Source: a virus. From it: a stretch of 40,646 nucleotides of DNA. The stretch lies in the IMG/VR virus record IMGVR_UViG_3300006039_000001; one strand, given 5' to 3'. Positions within the stretch are counted from its first letter, which is position 1; each line of letters begins with the position of its first letter. The notes under the pieces were generated by a model, which had not been told where the DNA came from, made no database searches, and worked only from the letters and a program-made list of their open reading frames with translations. Shown here one piece after another: positions 17,011-25,617 of this stretch. The position numbers were made by a program, and so were the translations under genes.

Positions 17011-17792
17011 GCATCCTCCTTCGTCTGTGCCAATTGGGGCTGTGGTGGCTGTGGGAGCGGCATCCAATGGGTCACGGATGTCCCGATGTAATCAAGACGC
17101 TCGCCCTCTGCTGGGTCTTCCCACCATCCGGCCGGCTCAAAGGTGCCTTCATCCGTTTCGTCCGCCCCATCATCCCAGCACGTTGCGTCAACCGTGTGCA
17201 GCGGCGCGTAGTGAGCGCGCGCCGTTCGCCAGTTGCCCAAGCTATTTTTGAATGCCGCCAGCACCGGCTTTCCGGGCGCGGGCAAACGATCCTCAACGCT
17301 CACCCACCCCGCATGGGCTTGCGCTGCCTGCTCATGGTCCCGGTTGCTCCACCAGCCCACAAAGCCGTAGCTGTCGATGAGCCCGCGCGCCAGCTTCTCC
17401 TTGTGGATCAGGCTGTAGCCGTTGATGAGGTAGCCCTGGGCTTGCAGTTCGGACAGCTTGCGCTTGGCGACGGGGATGAACTCGGGTTGCGCTGCCTGCT
17501 GTGCTGCCTGGTTCGCTGCAAGCCATTCGCCCATCATCAAAGCAATGTCGGCCCAGCCATCGGCGTGGCGCTCGATCAACCAGTACGCGGTTTGTCCGTC
17601 CATCCCAGCCCAATCCTGGCTGTTTGCTGGACGTGTCGGCTCGGCAGCGGGTAGTGCTTGCGCTGCCCGATAGCAAGCATTCCAACCATCGCGGTAGGAC
17701 GGGTCTACGTGCGAGGCCTGCGGGTGGTACGGCAAATATTCGTTGCCGACCTTGAAATCGGCGGCCAGCTTGGCCAGTGTGTCGTTGGTCAT
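17007..17792 (-). CDS. DUF551-domain protein
   Basis: C-terminus WVSVEDRLPAPGKPVLAAF…THWMPLPQPP matches the phage DUF551 pattern. ATG 17792 lies 1 nt after the upstream stop. Confidence 0.7.
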   Translation of the reverse strand: MTNDTLAKLAADFKVGNEYLPYHPQASHVDPSYRDGWNACYRAAQALPAAEPTRPANSQDWAGMDGQTAYWLIERHADGWADIALMMGEWLAANQAAQQAAQPEFIPVAKRKLSELQAQGYLINGYSLIHKEKLARGLIDSYGFVGWWSNRDHEQAAQAHAGWVSVEDRLPAPGKPVLAAFKNSLGNWRTARAHYAPLHTVDATCWDDGADETDEGTFEPAGWWEDPAEGERLDYIGTSVTHWMPLPQPPQPQLAQTKEDA

Positions 17793-17793
17793 G

Positions 17794-18018
17794 TCAATAC
17801 TCGACTTTCTCAAGTTTGAATTCGTGATCGCACTTTGGGCAGGCGACCTCATGCCCCTTCAGTGAATCCCATTTGTTCGTGAAGATGGCCCGGGAGCAGG
17901 TGTGTTCGTCGTCGTGGTCAGCAAGGTCGAACGTCTCCTTGCAGCTTGGGCAATCGACGTAGAGTGACCAATCCAGTCGGGCGGTTTGGCCCTGGATTGG
18001 TGTGTCGGTGGTGGTCAC
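17794..18018 (-). CDS. Zinc-ribbon protein
   Basis: 74 aa with CPSC…CPKC pairs. Confidence 0.6.
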   Translation of the reverse strand: MTTTDTPIQGQTARLDWSLYVDCPSCKETFDLADHDDEHTCSRAIFTNKWDSLKGHEVACPKCDHEFKLEKVEY

Positions 18019-18281
18019 GTTGCTTTCCTTGTCTGGGCGCGAAAGGCCCGCAAAATGAGACGTGCGAGGCGATCTTGAACGCGGACCAGATGCTCATCGC
18101 TATTCCAGTGGAAGCCCGGGTAATACATCATCCCGTTCTCGTACTCAGCTTTCTCTGGGGGGTACTTCTTGTTCATCAAGGCCCGTGATTCGGCCTCTGC
18201 TGCTGATTTGGCCGTCAGGTAGCAACGGCCTTTCGTCGGGGCCCGGAAGACAGGCCGATCAATGCGCTCAATTGCCGCCAT
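18015..18281 (-). CDS. Hypothetical protein
   Basis: 88-aa ORF, coupled to its neighbours. Confidence 0.5.
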   Translation of the reverse strand: MAAIERIDRPVFRAPTKGRCYLTAKSAAEAESRALMNKKYPPEKAEYENGMMYYPGFHWNSDEHLVRVQDRLARLILRAFRAQTRKAT

Positions 18282-18678
18282 GCTCGCCCCCAGCCTTGCT
18301 GCCGCCCACCGTCAGGCCGTTCTGGATGGCGTCCAGCGCGGCTGCCATCGGCGAATCACCCTCACCGCATGCCCCAGCGAAGCCCTCTCCGTCCGGCTCT
18401 GGTATCTGCGTGTGAGCGCGCCAGGGGTGGCCGAAGCCCAAGGTGTCGGGCGGGTGGAGCGTGATCGTGTGCGCCACGACCAGATCCTCAAGAGCAGGCG
18501 CTGCCACCTGCCCCGCAGCTTGCAGGCGCTCGGCCTGGGCGCGGAGTTCTATCTCAATAAAGTGCAGGCGCCGCAACTCGGTAGCCGCCTTGCGTCCTGT
18601 GTGGTTTGTGATCCGGCCCTGGCAATACTCGGTATCGAGGTCGTAGGCGAGCTTTTCTGCTTCGGCTTGCTGGCTCAT
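18268..18678 (-). CDS. Hypothetical protein
   Basis: ATG 18678 in an ATGA overlap. 136 aa. Confidence 0.5.
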   Translation of the reverse strand: MSQQAEAEKLAYDLDTEYCQGRITNHTGRKAATELRRLHFIEIELRAQAERLQAAGQVAAPALEDLVVAHTITLHPPDTLGFGHPWRAHTQIPEPDGEGFAGACGEGDSPMAAALDAIQNGLTVGGSKAGGEHGGN

Positions 18679-19262
18679 GAGCGTGGCTCCTTGGTGGCGA
18701 GTGCGTGCATTTGTTCGGCACAGGGGCGACAGCGGCACGCCCGCTTATCCAAATCGGGGTGACTGGTTTCACATGAAATGCACTTCGACATGTAGCCACC
18801 CGGCGCATAGCCATAAGCCTTCAAGTGCAGCCAATCCCCCGCGCCCTCTGCCACGGCTTGCTGCGCCTGGGGCTGGCGGGATGCTTGCAGGGCTGCGCTG
18901 ATTTGTTCAGCAAGCGGGATCAATGCCCCGATGAAGTTGCTGTAGAGCAAGCTGCCGCCGTAGCCCGTGACATAGCGGGTCAGGCCATCGTCATCAACAG
19001 CAGTTGTCAGGTCATCGATCAGGTAACGAATCTGCGCATGCACATTCGTCAACAAGGTGAGGTTGCCCACCGCATCCACTGCCGTTGCTGGCGAGCTTGC
19101 GGCCTGAGCGCGCAGTGCTTCGCGGGCGTAGGCCATGGCGTGGTCATGCATTTGCTTGGCCGTGAAGTATTCAAAGTCAGGTTCGTCGTCTACGCCCAAG
19201 TACTTCATTGGCTCAGGCAAAGGCGGCAACTGCGCGCTGGCGCGGGGTGTGGGATTGGTCAT
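18675..19262 (-). CDS. Hypothetical protein with a C-terminal Cys cluster
   Basis: Starts MTNPT at 19262. C-terminus CISCETSHPDLDKRACRCRPCAEQ. Confidence 0.5.
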   Translation of the reverse strand: MTNPTPRASAQLPPLPEPMKYLGVDDEPDFEYFTAKQMHDHAMAYAREALRAQAASSPATAVDAVGNLTLLTNVHAQIRYLIDDLTTAVDDDGLTRYVTGYGGSLLYSNFIGALIPLAEQISAALQASRQPQAQQAVAEGAGDWLHLKAYGYAPGGYMSKCISCETSHPDLDKRACRCRPCAEQMHALATKEPRS

Positions 19263-19270
19263 GGTTGCTT

Positions 19271-19414
19271 TCAATTGCAAACGGGGCAAGGCAGGAGGTA
19301 GTCGCAATCCGGGTCCATGGTGTCGCCATGGCAGTGGTCGCAGACTTCCTCGTCGTATTCATCGGCGTCATCAATGAACCGTTCGGCCTCGTAAGGTGAT
19401 TGGGCGGTGGTCAT
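19271..19414 (-). CDS. Small acidic zinc-binding protein (47 aa, below the track cutoff)
   Basis: ATG 19414 in an ATGA overlap. Product MTTAQSPYEAERFIDDADEYDEEVCDHCHGDTMDPDCDYLLPCPVCN. Confidence 0.5.
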   Translation of the reverse strand: MTTAQSPYEAERFIDDADEYDEEVCDHCHGDTMDPDCDYLLPCPVCN

Positions 19415-19617
19415 TGCGCGAGCCCACGAGCTTCAGCAATGGATCGGCGGACAACGGTTACCTCGCGGAGCACCAGGCCGATGGCGACATCTGAGACGAT
19501 GACGCGATCCGTGCGGGCGCAGTAGGCTTCAACCTGATCTTTCGTCGCCCACTGGAGAACGCGCATCGGGCTGTTGATGCCTTCCATGACATCAAATCGA
19601 TTGCTTTGGGTGTTCAT
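19411..19617 (-). CDS. Hypothetical protein (first gene downstream of the 19.65-kb divergent promoter region)
   Basis: 68-aa ORF with normal codon bias. Confidence 0.55.
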   Translation of the reverse strand: MNTQSNRFDVMEGINSPMRVLQWATKDQVEAYCARTDRVIVSDVAIGLVLREVTVVRRSIAEARGLAQ

Positions 19618-19632
19618 GTTGCTGCCTTGCTG

Positions 19633-19684
19633 TTGCGTTGTTTGATGAGTTTGATTATGATAACAAAATCAAAACTAATTGCAA
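19633..19684. promoter_or_regulatory. Candidate divergent overlapping promoters with TTTGAT half-site repeats
   Basis: Plus strand: TTGCGT (19633-38), 17 nt, TATGAT (19656-61). Minus strand: TTGCAA (19684-79), 16 nt, TATCAT (19662-57). TTTGAT occurs at 19641 and 19650, with inverted ATCAAA at 19668. AT-rich. Confidence 0.4.
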
Positions 19685-19723
19685 GTGCCACAATGAACAT
19701 TTCTGAACAACGGAATCAACCAA

Positions 19724-19924
19724 ATGACAACAGCAAAAAATCGCCCTCCAAGCGATCGAGGCCAAGGACGAAAGCCGATCAAGGTGGGGGTCGAGACGGT
19801 AGTGGTGGGGGTACGAATGCTCCCGGAGCAGAGGGACAGGCTGAAAGTGCTTGGTGGCTCAAACTGGGTACGAGACATGATCGACAAGTCCAAGCCGAAA
19901 TCAGGCGCCAAATCCAAGAAATGA
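19724..19924 (+). CDS. Ribbon-helix-helix-like small DNA-binding protein
   Basis: 66 aa. VVGVRMLPEQRDRLKVLGGSNWVRDMIDKS fits a beta-strand/helix/G-turn/helix RHH layout with basic tails. ATGA overlap with the nuclease gene. Confidence 0.55.
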   Translation: MTTAKNRPPSDRGQGRKPIKVGVETVVVGVRMLPEQRDRLKVLGGSNWVRDMIDKSKPKSGAKSKK

Positions 19925-20391
19925 AATGTGCGGCGCTGTCTGTGCCTCAAGCGAAGATTGGACGAGTGCCGTGCGTCTACATGATTGCCAACACTGTGAA
20001 CGGGCGCGCATACATAGGCATGACTACTGACTTGCGCCGTCGTGTGTCCCACCACAAAACAACCCTTCGATGCAGCAGGCACATTTGCAAGCCTCTGATG
20101 CGCGAGTGGCACTTGTTTGGCGAATCGGCTTTTAGGTTCTTTCCCATCATTCCGGATCTCAAAAGCGTTCGCTTTTCTCACCACTTCGCCGAGGCTCAAG
20201 CTATATCTGCGCATGAAGAGGATGAGTGCTACAACAGGATTGCAGCAAGGGAGCGGACGCACAATAGGCAAGGCGAACGGCTCAAGGCGCATACGCTCAA
20301 GATGACTGAATCGGAGTGGCATGTGTTTGGTGAGCTTGGTGGGCTTGACTGGCTGCGAAAGCTGATCGAGCGCGCAAAGCCGCCGAAGTAG
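19921..20391 (+). CDS. GIY-YIG nuclease with a C-terminal RHH-like domain
   Basis: VYMIANTVNGRAYIGMTTDLRRRVSHH is the GIY-YIG motif. The C-terminus LKMTESEWHVFGELGGLDWLRKLIERAKPPK resembles the upstream protein. Lower GC than its neighbours by eye. Confidence 0.78.
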   Translation: MKCAALSVPQAKIGRVPCVYMIANTVNGRAYIGMTTDLRRRVSHHKTTLRCSRHICKPLMREWHLFGESAFRFFPIIPDLKSVRFSHHFAEAQAISAHEEDECYNRIAARERTHNRQGERLKAHTLKMTESEWHVFGELGGLDWLRKLIERAKPPK

Positions 20392-20397
20392 CCATGC

Positions 20398-20838
20398 TCA
20401 CCCCTCCACCGCAGGAGCGGCCAGTGCGGACTCGGGCACATCGAAGAAACCAAGTTGCCCCTTCCATGGAGTGAAGGGCAATGGCTTGGGATCGCGCAGC
20501 ACGAAGCCGCATTCGCCCATGAACCACGGCGACTCGCTAGCGGTCACGCAATCCACAATTTCCACGCTGCCGATGATTCCGCCGCGTTCCAGGGCGCCAA
20601 AGTCGAAGCCCAGATCGCGCAATGTCACGGTTCTGGTTTTTGCGCCATCGCGAGGGGTGTCTCGAATGGCTTGCACGGCGAACTCGATCGCGTCCTCATG
20701 CTCACCACGGGACATCCCCTTGGCTGCATGAATCAGCACGCGGCCACGCACCTTCGTTGACCAGCAGCGGTTCTCAATGTCCTTGCCTGCCTTGAGGATC
20801 AAGCTTGCCCAAGGTTGGCGAATTGAAAGCGCCTTCAT
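20398..20838 (-). CDS. ASCH-domain protein
   Basis: MKALSIRQPWASLILKAGKDIENRCWSTKVRGRVLIHA is the typical ASCH/PUA-like N-terminus. ATGA-coupled start at 20838. Confidence 0.72.
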   Translation of the reverse strand: MKALSIRQPWASLILKAGKDIENRCWSTKVRGRVLIHAAKGMSRGEHEDAIEFAVQAIRDTPRDGAKTRTVTLRDLGFDFGALERGGIIGSVEIVDCVTASESPWFMGECGFVLRDPKPLPFTPWKGQLGFFDVPESALAAPAVEG

Positions 20839-21242
20839 TGCGAAGTCCTTATGCTCGTCACAAGGGCGACCTTGCACTTGTTCAATTCGGCCCGCAATTG
20901 GTCGCGCTCCGCGAAAAGCCGCTTGATCGTAGTCACCGGGCTCGCGTCCTCCCAGCCGATCACTTCGCGGATTTCATCCAGGATCGCCGCCTTGTTGTCC
21001 AAAGCAGCCCTGAGCGCATCCCGCTCCGCTACAAGCGCGGACTCGCGGGCGGTGGCGTACTCGGTGAGCTTCGACAAGGTGAACACAGGCACGCTGCGTT
21101 CATCGGGATTGCCAACAGCCACCGAATAGGCCTGGGCGAAAGTCTCCGAAGTCTCGAAACGCTCCAAGTCGCTCGGGTACATGTGCGCCGATGGCTCGGG
21201 CAGGCTCACCGCATCTGCGGCTGGGGTGGTGGGGGTCGTCAT
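20835..21242 (-). CDS. Hypothetical coiled-coil protein
   Basis: 135-aa ORF, coupled to its neighbours. Confidence 0.5.
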   Translation of the reverse strand: MTTPTTPAADAVSLPEPSAHMYPSDLERFETSETFAQAYSVAVGNPDERSVPVFTLSKLTEYATARESALVAERDALRAALDNKAAILDEIREVIGWEDASPVTTIKRLFAERDQLRAELNKCKVALVTSIRTSQ

Positions 21243-21448
21243 TGGGCTGCCTCATTTGCTGGTGATACGTCGCTTTCTGGCGGGGCATTGCAAAACTCGA
21301 CATTTGTGAATCCGCGCTTCAAGAGTTCGGCCCGCAGCTTTCGGCCGCGCCGGTTGTTTGGAACCATGTGCAGTTCATTCAGATCCCTGTTCCGGCCACC
21401 TACTCGGAAGGCCAGTTCAGGCGTCGTTTGCCGTGTACTCATCTTCAT
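21239..21448 (-). CDS. Small basic hypothetical protein
   Basis: Start at ATG 21448 or 21442; AAGGA lies 5 nt before 21442. The upstream gene ends at 21472. Confidence 0.45.
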   Translation of the reverse strand: MKMSTRQTTPELAFRVGGRNRDLNELHMVPNNRRGRKLRAELLKRGFTNVEFCNAPPESDVSPANEAAQ

Positions 21449-21471
21449 CCTTCGCGGCATAGCCGCACTAG

Positions 21472-21762
21472 TTAGGCGAACATGCAGAGGCATTCATGGT
21501 CAGGCGACCAGCGAACCCCGCAGCGCGCCAGGAAAATCACGTCGTCGTCAGTAGCCAGCAGCGCAAGTGCCTCGCAGTCCGTAGCCAGGAAAATCTCGTC
21601 GTGCTGGGCGTTGCTGACCATGTCGCAACCCGGCTTGACCGGCGCCAACTCATTCAGGCGGATGAACGCTGAAACATCGGGGCACGGGTGAGGCGGCGTT
21701 TCGATGCGCTCAAAACGCAAGAACTCATCTTGGAATTTCTCGAATGCTTCATCCAGATCCAT
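21472..21762 (-). CDS. Hypothetical protein
   Basis: ATG 21762 follows GGAG (ttggagattgagcATG). 96 aa. Confidence 0.55.
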   Translation of the reverse strand: MDLDEAFEKFQDEFLRFERIETPPHPCPDVSAFIRLNELAPVKPGCDMVSNAQHDEIFLATDCEALALLATDDDVIFLARCGVRWSPDHECLCMFA

Positions 21763-21923
21763 GCTCAATCTCCAAAAGTGGCGGGGCGCCCGGACTAATC
21801 TGGTAGTTGATGCGCCCCAGGGGTTAGGTGTTGGGGGAGCTTTGCCAGTCACCAGCCTTTAAGGCCTGCTGGGTGGCGATCACTGGACAGGTGTGACAGT
21901 GGCTTGGTGCCCCTGTCCAGGAA

Positions 21924-23186
21924 TCAGGGAACGCACTTGTCGGCGTGAGCCTTCAAGGCATCGCGGATCATGGGAAGGTCGATCAGTGGCCAGTACGTGG
22001 ACGCCTTGACCTTCGAGCGGTAGGGCAAGCCCAGGGTGTCGGTGATGAAATTGACGGTCAAGCCCAGGCCCCCGAAGCGCGCGCAGATCGCGCCCAGCTT
22101 CAGGCAAGCAACGCCCTCGATCAATTCAGCGTCAGGAGGCAAAGGCGCGTCAACCGCTGCTGATTCGGCGATGGCCATGCGCGCGGCGTTGTTCTGGGTG
22201 ACCAGACTGGCAGGCGCGGGCGGCACCGGGGCCGGTGGCTCACCTGCTGGCGGCGGTGTGCGCAGCGCTTCGAGTTCGGCGCGCTGGCGGTCGATCTCCA
22301 TTTGCTGCTCGGCCAGGACGCGTGCGGCTTCGGCCTGTTGGGCAGCAAGGGCGGCGGCTTGCTCATCCATGACGCGCTGGCGCTCGGCTTGCTCGTTGGC
22401 AATGCGTTGGCGCTCAACACGTTCGGCGGCATCGGCCTTGGCCTTCTGCTCGGCAGCTTCTGCGGCCAGCTTTGCGGCGGCTGCGCGCAGGGCAGCCAAC
22501 TCGGCGCGCTCGGCGGCCAGCTTTGCGGCCTCGGCCTCAGTGTGCAAGGCGGCTTTGTGGGCCATGTCCAGCTTGGCCAGTGTGGCGGTGCGGGCAGCCA
22601 GTGCCTGGGGCAGCATGTCCTGAAAGACCTCTTCGGTCGGCACTGCTGCGGTCAAATCTGCCAGAGCCTGGGCTATCTCGACTGACGACTTGCCAGCCGC
22701 GCCCATGGCCACCATGTTGATCTCGGCGACAGCTTCTTGCAGCTTCATCGTGCGCTCAATCTCGGCATCGATCTTGGCCTGCTTGATCGCCTCCTTGCGG
22801 GCCTCTTCTGCCTTGATGAGCTGGTCAATGGGGCGCTCACCGATCAGCAGTTGCTCGGTCAGCCAGGCGGCGCGGGCGTCGATGTCCTTGCCCAGGGTGA
22901 GCACGGGGGCCTTGGCCTGTTTGCGCAGGCGCTCGACGGCCAGGCGTGGCTCGCGCCAGGCGGCGCGGTGCGCCACGGCCTCGACCATCCCTTTGCCGGT
23001 GGTCACGTCATAGACCAGATCAGGCGGGAAGCGCTCGGCCAGTTCAGCCAGGCCGGCCGACACTTTTTCGAACTCGGTCAGCGCAGATTCAACCTGCGTG
23101 ATGTTTTGGCGGATTTCGAGGTTCGACTTGGTGGCCTTCGGTGCGGTCACAAATTCGACGTCGTCGGCAAGTTCTTCGTAGCTCAT
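21924..23186 (-). CDS. Long coiled-coil protein downstream of ERF (DUF1351-like N-terminus, tentative)
   Basis: 420 aa with an A/E/Q/R-rich central coiled coil. The N-terminus …KGMVEAVAHRAAWREPRLAVERLRKQAKAPVLTLGKDID… resembles DUF1351 wording. ATGA-coupled to ERF. Confidence 0.5.
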   Translation of the reverse strand: MSYEELADDVEFVTAPKATKSNLEIRQNITQVESALTEFEKVSAGLAELAERFPPDLVYDVTTGKGMVEAVAHRAAWREPRLAVERLRKQAKAPVLTLGKDIDARAAWLTEQLLIGERPIDQLIKAEEARKEAIKQAKIDAEIERTMKLQEAVAEINMVAMGAAGKSSVEIAQALADLTAAVPTEEVFQDMLPQALAARTATLAKLDMAHKAALHTEAEAAKLAAERAELAALRAAAAKLAAEAAEQKAKADAAERVERQRIANEQAERQRVMDEQAAALAAQQAEAARVLAEQQMEIDRQRAELEALRTPPPAGEPPAPVPPAPASLVTQNNAARMAIAESAAVDAPLPPDAELIEGVACLKLGAICARFGGLGLTVNFITDTLGLPYRSKVKASTYWPLIDLPMIRDALKAHADKCVP

Positions 23187-24022
23187 GCTGGGGCTCCTGT
23201 GCTGGGTTGGGCCTGCGCGACCTTGGCGTCACGTGCGGCGGTGAGTTGGTCTTCCATGTCCTGGTCGTTGTTCTCGCGTGCTTTGCCCAGGGCGTACTCC
23301 ATGATCTTTTTCAACTCGCGGACGGTGCGGGCGCCTTCGATGTTCTCGATCTGATCTTTGAGCCACTGGGCACGGCGGGCCTCCGCGGTGGCATCGCCAG
23401 CCCCGGCGCCGTCATCGTCTTCCATGTCTTTGGTGCTCAGGCCGGTAACGGCCAGGAGGCTGTAGCGCTGGAAGTAGGTGCAGGTGCTGGCGATCTGCTG
23501 AATGGCGTTTTTCTTGCCACTGTTGTCGGGTGCCCCGAACATCTCGACGCGCTCGGAGTGCCCCATGACGTGGGTGACGATGCACGTCACGGTGACTCGC
23601 GAGGGCTCCTGCTTGATGTCCCAGCGGAAACTGAGTTGATGGCGCGCCATTGCTGGGCCCACCACGTCGGTCACGTCGGAAAGCTCGGCATGCTTGTAGC
23701 CAACGAACCCGCCCGCGTCGGTCTCGTAACCCACCTGCTTGCGCTTGAAGATCTCAAGCGGCTCAGCCTTGAATGCCGTCATGGCCACGACAAAAGCCTT
23801 GCGGGCCTCGTTCGCTTCCCAGCGCTCCTGCAGCTCCATCAGCTTTTCCAGGCGGGCCAGGTCGGCGCCTTGCTGTACAGCCATCTGCAACAGCAGTGCA
23901 GGTGTTGCGGGCTGGGCAGCATTGGCCAGGGCCTGCGCCGCAACCGTGGCGGGGGCAGGGTGCCGTGAAGGCGCTGCCGCTTCGAGCAATTCAGGCTCGA
24001 CCATCGTGATAGGTGAATTCAT
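23183..24022 (-). CDS. erf: ERF-family single-strand annealing recombinase
   Basis: …GYKHAELSDVTDVVGPAMARHQLSFRW…CIVTHVMGHSE…PDNSGKKNAIQQIASTCTYFQRYSLLAVTGL matches the ERF superfamily core. ATG 24022 follows GAGGA. Confidence 0.85.
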   Translation of the reverse strand: MNSPITMVEPELLEAAAPSRHPAPATVAAQALANAAQPATPALLLQMAVQQGADLARLEKLMELQERWEANEARKAFVVAMTAFKAEPLEIFKRKQVGYETDAGGFVGYKHAELSDVTDVVGPAMARHQLSFRWDIKQEPSRVTVTCIVTHVMGHSERVEMFGAPDNSGKKNAIQQIASTCTYFQRYSLLAVTGLSTKDMEDDDGAGAGDATAEARRAQWLKDQIENIEGARTVRELKKIMEYALGKARENNDQDMEDQLTAARDAKVAQAQPSTGAPA

Positions 24023-24029
24023 GGTGTCC

Positions 24030-24314
24030 TCAGAACTTCGGCGCAAGGGCCGCAAGGGATCGAACAACGGAAGGGGCGAAGTGATAGGCAGCAGTGAGAA
24101 CCAAGCCAATGGAGCCCAGCCAGATCGCGGCAACAATGGCGCTAAGGGCGCGAGACATGCGCGGCGGCTTGCGCGTGGCGCGGGTGTTAGGGACGATCAC
24201 GGCGTTACCCTGGTCATCGCGGCTCATGGCCCAGTTCCCGCCGATGGGGTGGACGTTGGAATGGGTGGCCAGAGCGTTGTGGCGCTCGCTGCGGAAGTCT
24301 TTGGTGTCAACCAT
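24030..24314 (-). CDS. Membrane protein (C-terminal TM), unknown function
   Basis: ATG 24314 lies 6 nt after AAGGA. TM segment ALSAIVAAIWLGSIGLVLTAAY. Confidence 0.5.
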   Translation of the reverse strand: MVDTKDFRSERHNALATHSNVHPIGGNWAMSRDDQGNAVIVPNTRATRKPPRMSRALSAIVAAIWLGSIGLVLTAAYHFAPSVVRSLAALAPKF

Positions 24315-24343
24315 GACGAGTCCTTGTTGGGTGATGAGGCGCA

Positions 24344-24523
24344 TCAACGGCACCCCGCGATGATTGAAACGACAGTGGCCACCAGGGCGACGGCATACAG
24401 CGCTTGGTCTTGCACTTCGCGGTCGGCGGGCAGCATCGATGCCGCACGGGTGACCAGGGCGGGAATTCGCACGCCCACGGTGATCGAGACTTGCCGCTCG
24501 GCGGCCTGGAAAACCTTACGCAT
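24344..24523 (-). CDS. Small membrane protein (59 aa)
   Basis: ATG 24523 lies 6 nt after GGAGG. C-terminal TM ALYAVALVATVVSIIAG. Confidence 0.5.
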   Translation of the reverse strand: MRKVFQAAERQVSITVGVRIPALVTRAASMLPADREVQDQALYAVALVATVVSIIAGCR

Positions 24524-24671
24524 GGGCGGCCTCCGTGATTTCGAGGGACTGGACCGTGCAACCGGGATAACGGGCCATGACGCGAGCGCGGGCATGGTTT
24601 GCATCGGTGCAAGGGACGTAGGCCACGACATTCCAGCCGTGGGCGTCGATGAGTTCAACGCGGGCGCTCAT
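24516..24671 (-). CDS. Small hypothetical protein (51 aa)
   Basis: ATG 24671 in an ATGA overlap. MSARVELIDAHGWNVVAYVPCTDANHARARVMARYPGCTVQSLEITEAAHA. Confidence 0.45.
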   Translation of the reverse strand: MSARVELIDAHGWNVVAYVPCTDANHARARVMARYPGCTVQSLEITEAAHA

Positions 24672-25144
24672 GCGGCCGCCTTGGGTGTGAAGCGCAGGCC
24701 GTAGTACATGGTGAGTTCGAGCATTTCCCGCTCGAATGCGGCCATGCCGTGCTTGCGCAAAATGAAGTCGTGCGCGCACTGCACGGCCTCCGCCAGCTCG
24801 ACGCTGGGCCAGCCCAATGCGTCAGCCAAGTAGCGGCGCTCACGCATCAGGGCACCCACTGGCACCGTCTCCAGGCTCGGGTCGTACACGTCAGCAAAGT
24901 GGCAGCCGATGGTGCAGGTGTCGCCGTTCGGGCTTCGGTACCAGGTCCGGCAGGCCATCGGGCGATCAGCATCGACGGGCGTTTCAGACGCGCGGCCCTG
25001 GGCCCGGATGTGCGCCAGCGAGCGATCAAAGAAGGCTTGATTGCGGGCCAGGGCCTGCGGGTCAGCAGCCACAAGGCAGATCGAATTGAGCACTGCGGCC
25101 ATCGTGGGATGCACGTGGGCGTGGCGTTGCAATGCGGCGCTCAT
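24668..25144 (-). CDS. Hypothetical protein
   Basis: ATG 25144 in an ATGA overlap. 158 aa. Confidence 0.55.
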   Translation of the reverse strand: MSAALQRHAHVHPTMAAVLNSICLVAADPQALARNQAFFDRSLAHIRAQGRASETPVDADRPMACRTWYRSPNGDTCTIGCHFADVYDPSLETVPVGALMRERRYLADALGWPSVELAEAVQCAHDFILRKHGMAAFEREMLELTMYYGLRFTPKAAA

Positions 25145-25467
25145 GCCACTGCATCCAGGTGACGGGTCATCAGTGCCTGCGCGATCAGATCGCAAGGCGC
25201 CAGCTGAAAGCCCTCGGCCTGCAGCGTGCGCATGCCTTCGGTCAGCGTGGTGTCAATCTTGGCCGTGTCATCCATGGCCGCGCAACCGACTTGAAAGAAG
25301 GCGGCAGCGCGCTGCGCATCCTTCAGCTTCAGGTAAGCCGGGGTCTTGGTGATGTCGGCGGGCGCTTCAACAGCGCACGATGCAACCAGCGATTGATAGT
25401 GCTGGAACGCTTCTTCTGCTTTGACCAGGTCTGCCTGGGCCTTCTGGGCGGGGTGCTTGGTGTCCAT
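25141..25467 (-). CDS. Hypothetical protein, first gene of the leftward early operon
   Basis: 108 aa. GGAG lies upstream of ATG 25467. Confidence 0.6.
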   Translation of the reverse strand: MDTKHPAQKAQADLVKAEEAFQHYQSLVASCAVEAPADITKTPAYLKLKDAQRAAAFFQVGCAAMDDTAKIDTTLTEGMRTLQAEGFQLAPCDLIAQALMTRHLDAVA

Positions 25468-25518
25468 CGCTCCATCTCCATCGTTTGGTGAAACACCGTG
25501 TGGTGTGTCGATGGATGG

Positions 25519-25611
25519 ACTTTGCCACGCCTTCCCGATGCTGTCAACAACTTCCGTTCACTTTTCAGAAAATACTTGTTGTTGACAAGTCGGTGCCGTG
25601 TGATCTAAAGT
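25519..25611. promoter_or_regulatory. Divergent early promoters built on a 10-bp inverted repeat
   Basis: TGTCAACAAC (25542-51) and GTTGTTGACA (25578-87) each contain an outward-facing TTGACA -35 hexamer. Weak -10s: TAAAGT (25606-11, rightward) and CAAAGT (rc of 25519-24, leftward). The spacer between the repeats is 26 nt and AT-rich. Confidence 0.55.
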
Positions 25612-25617
25612 AGGGCC

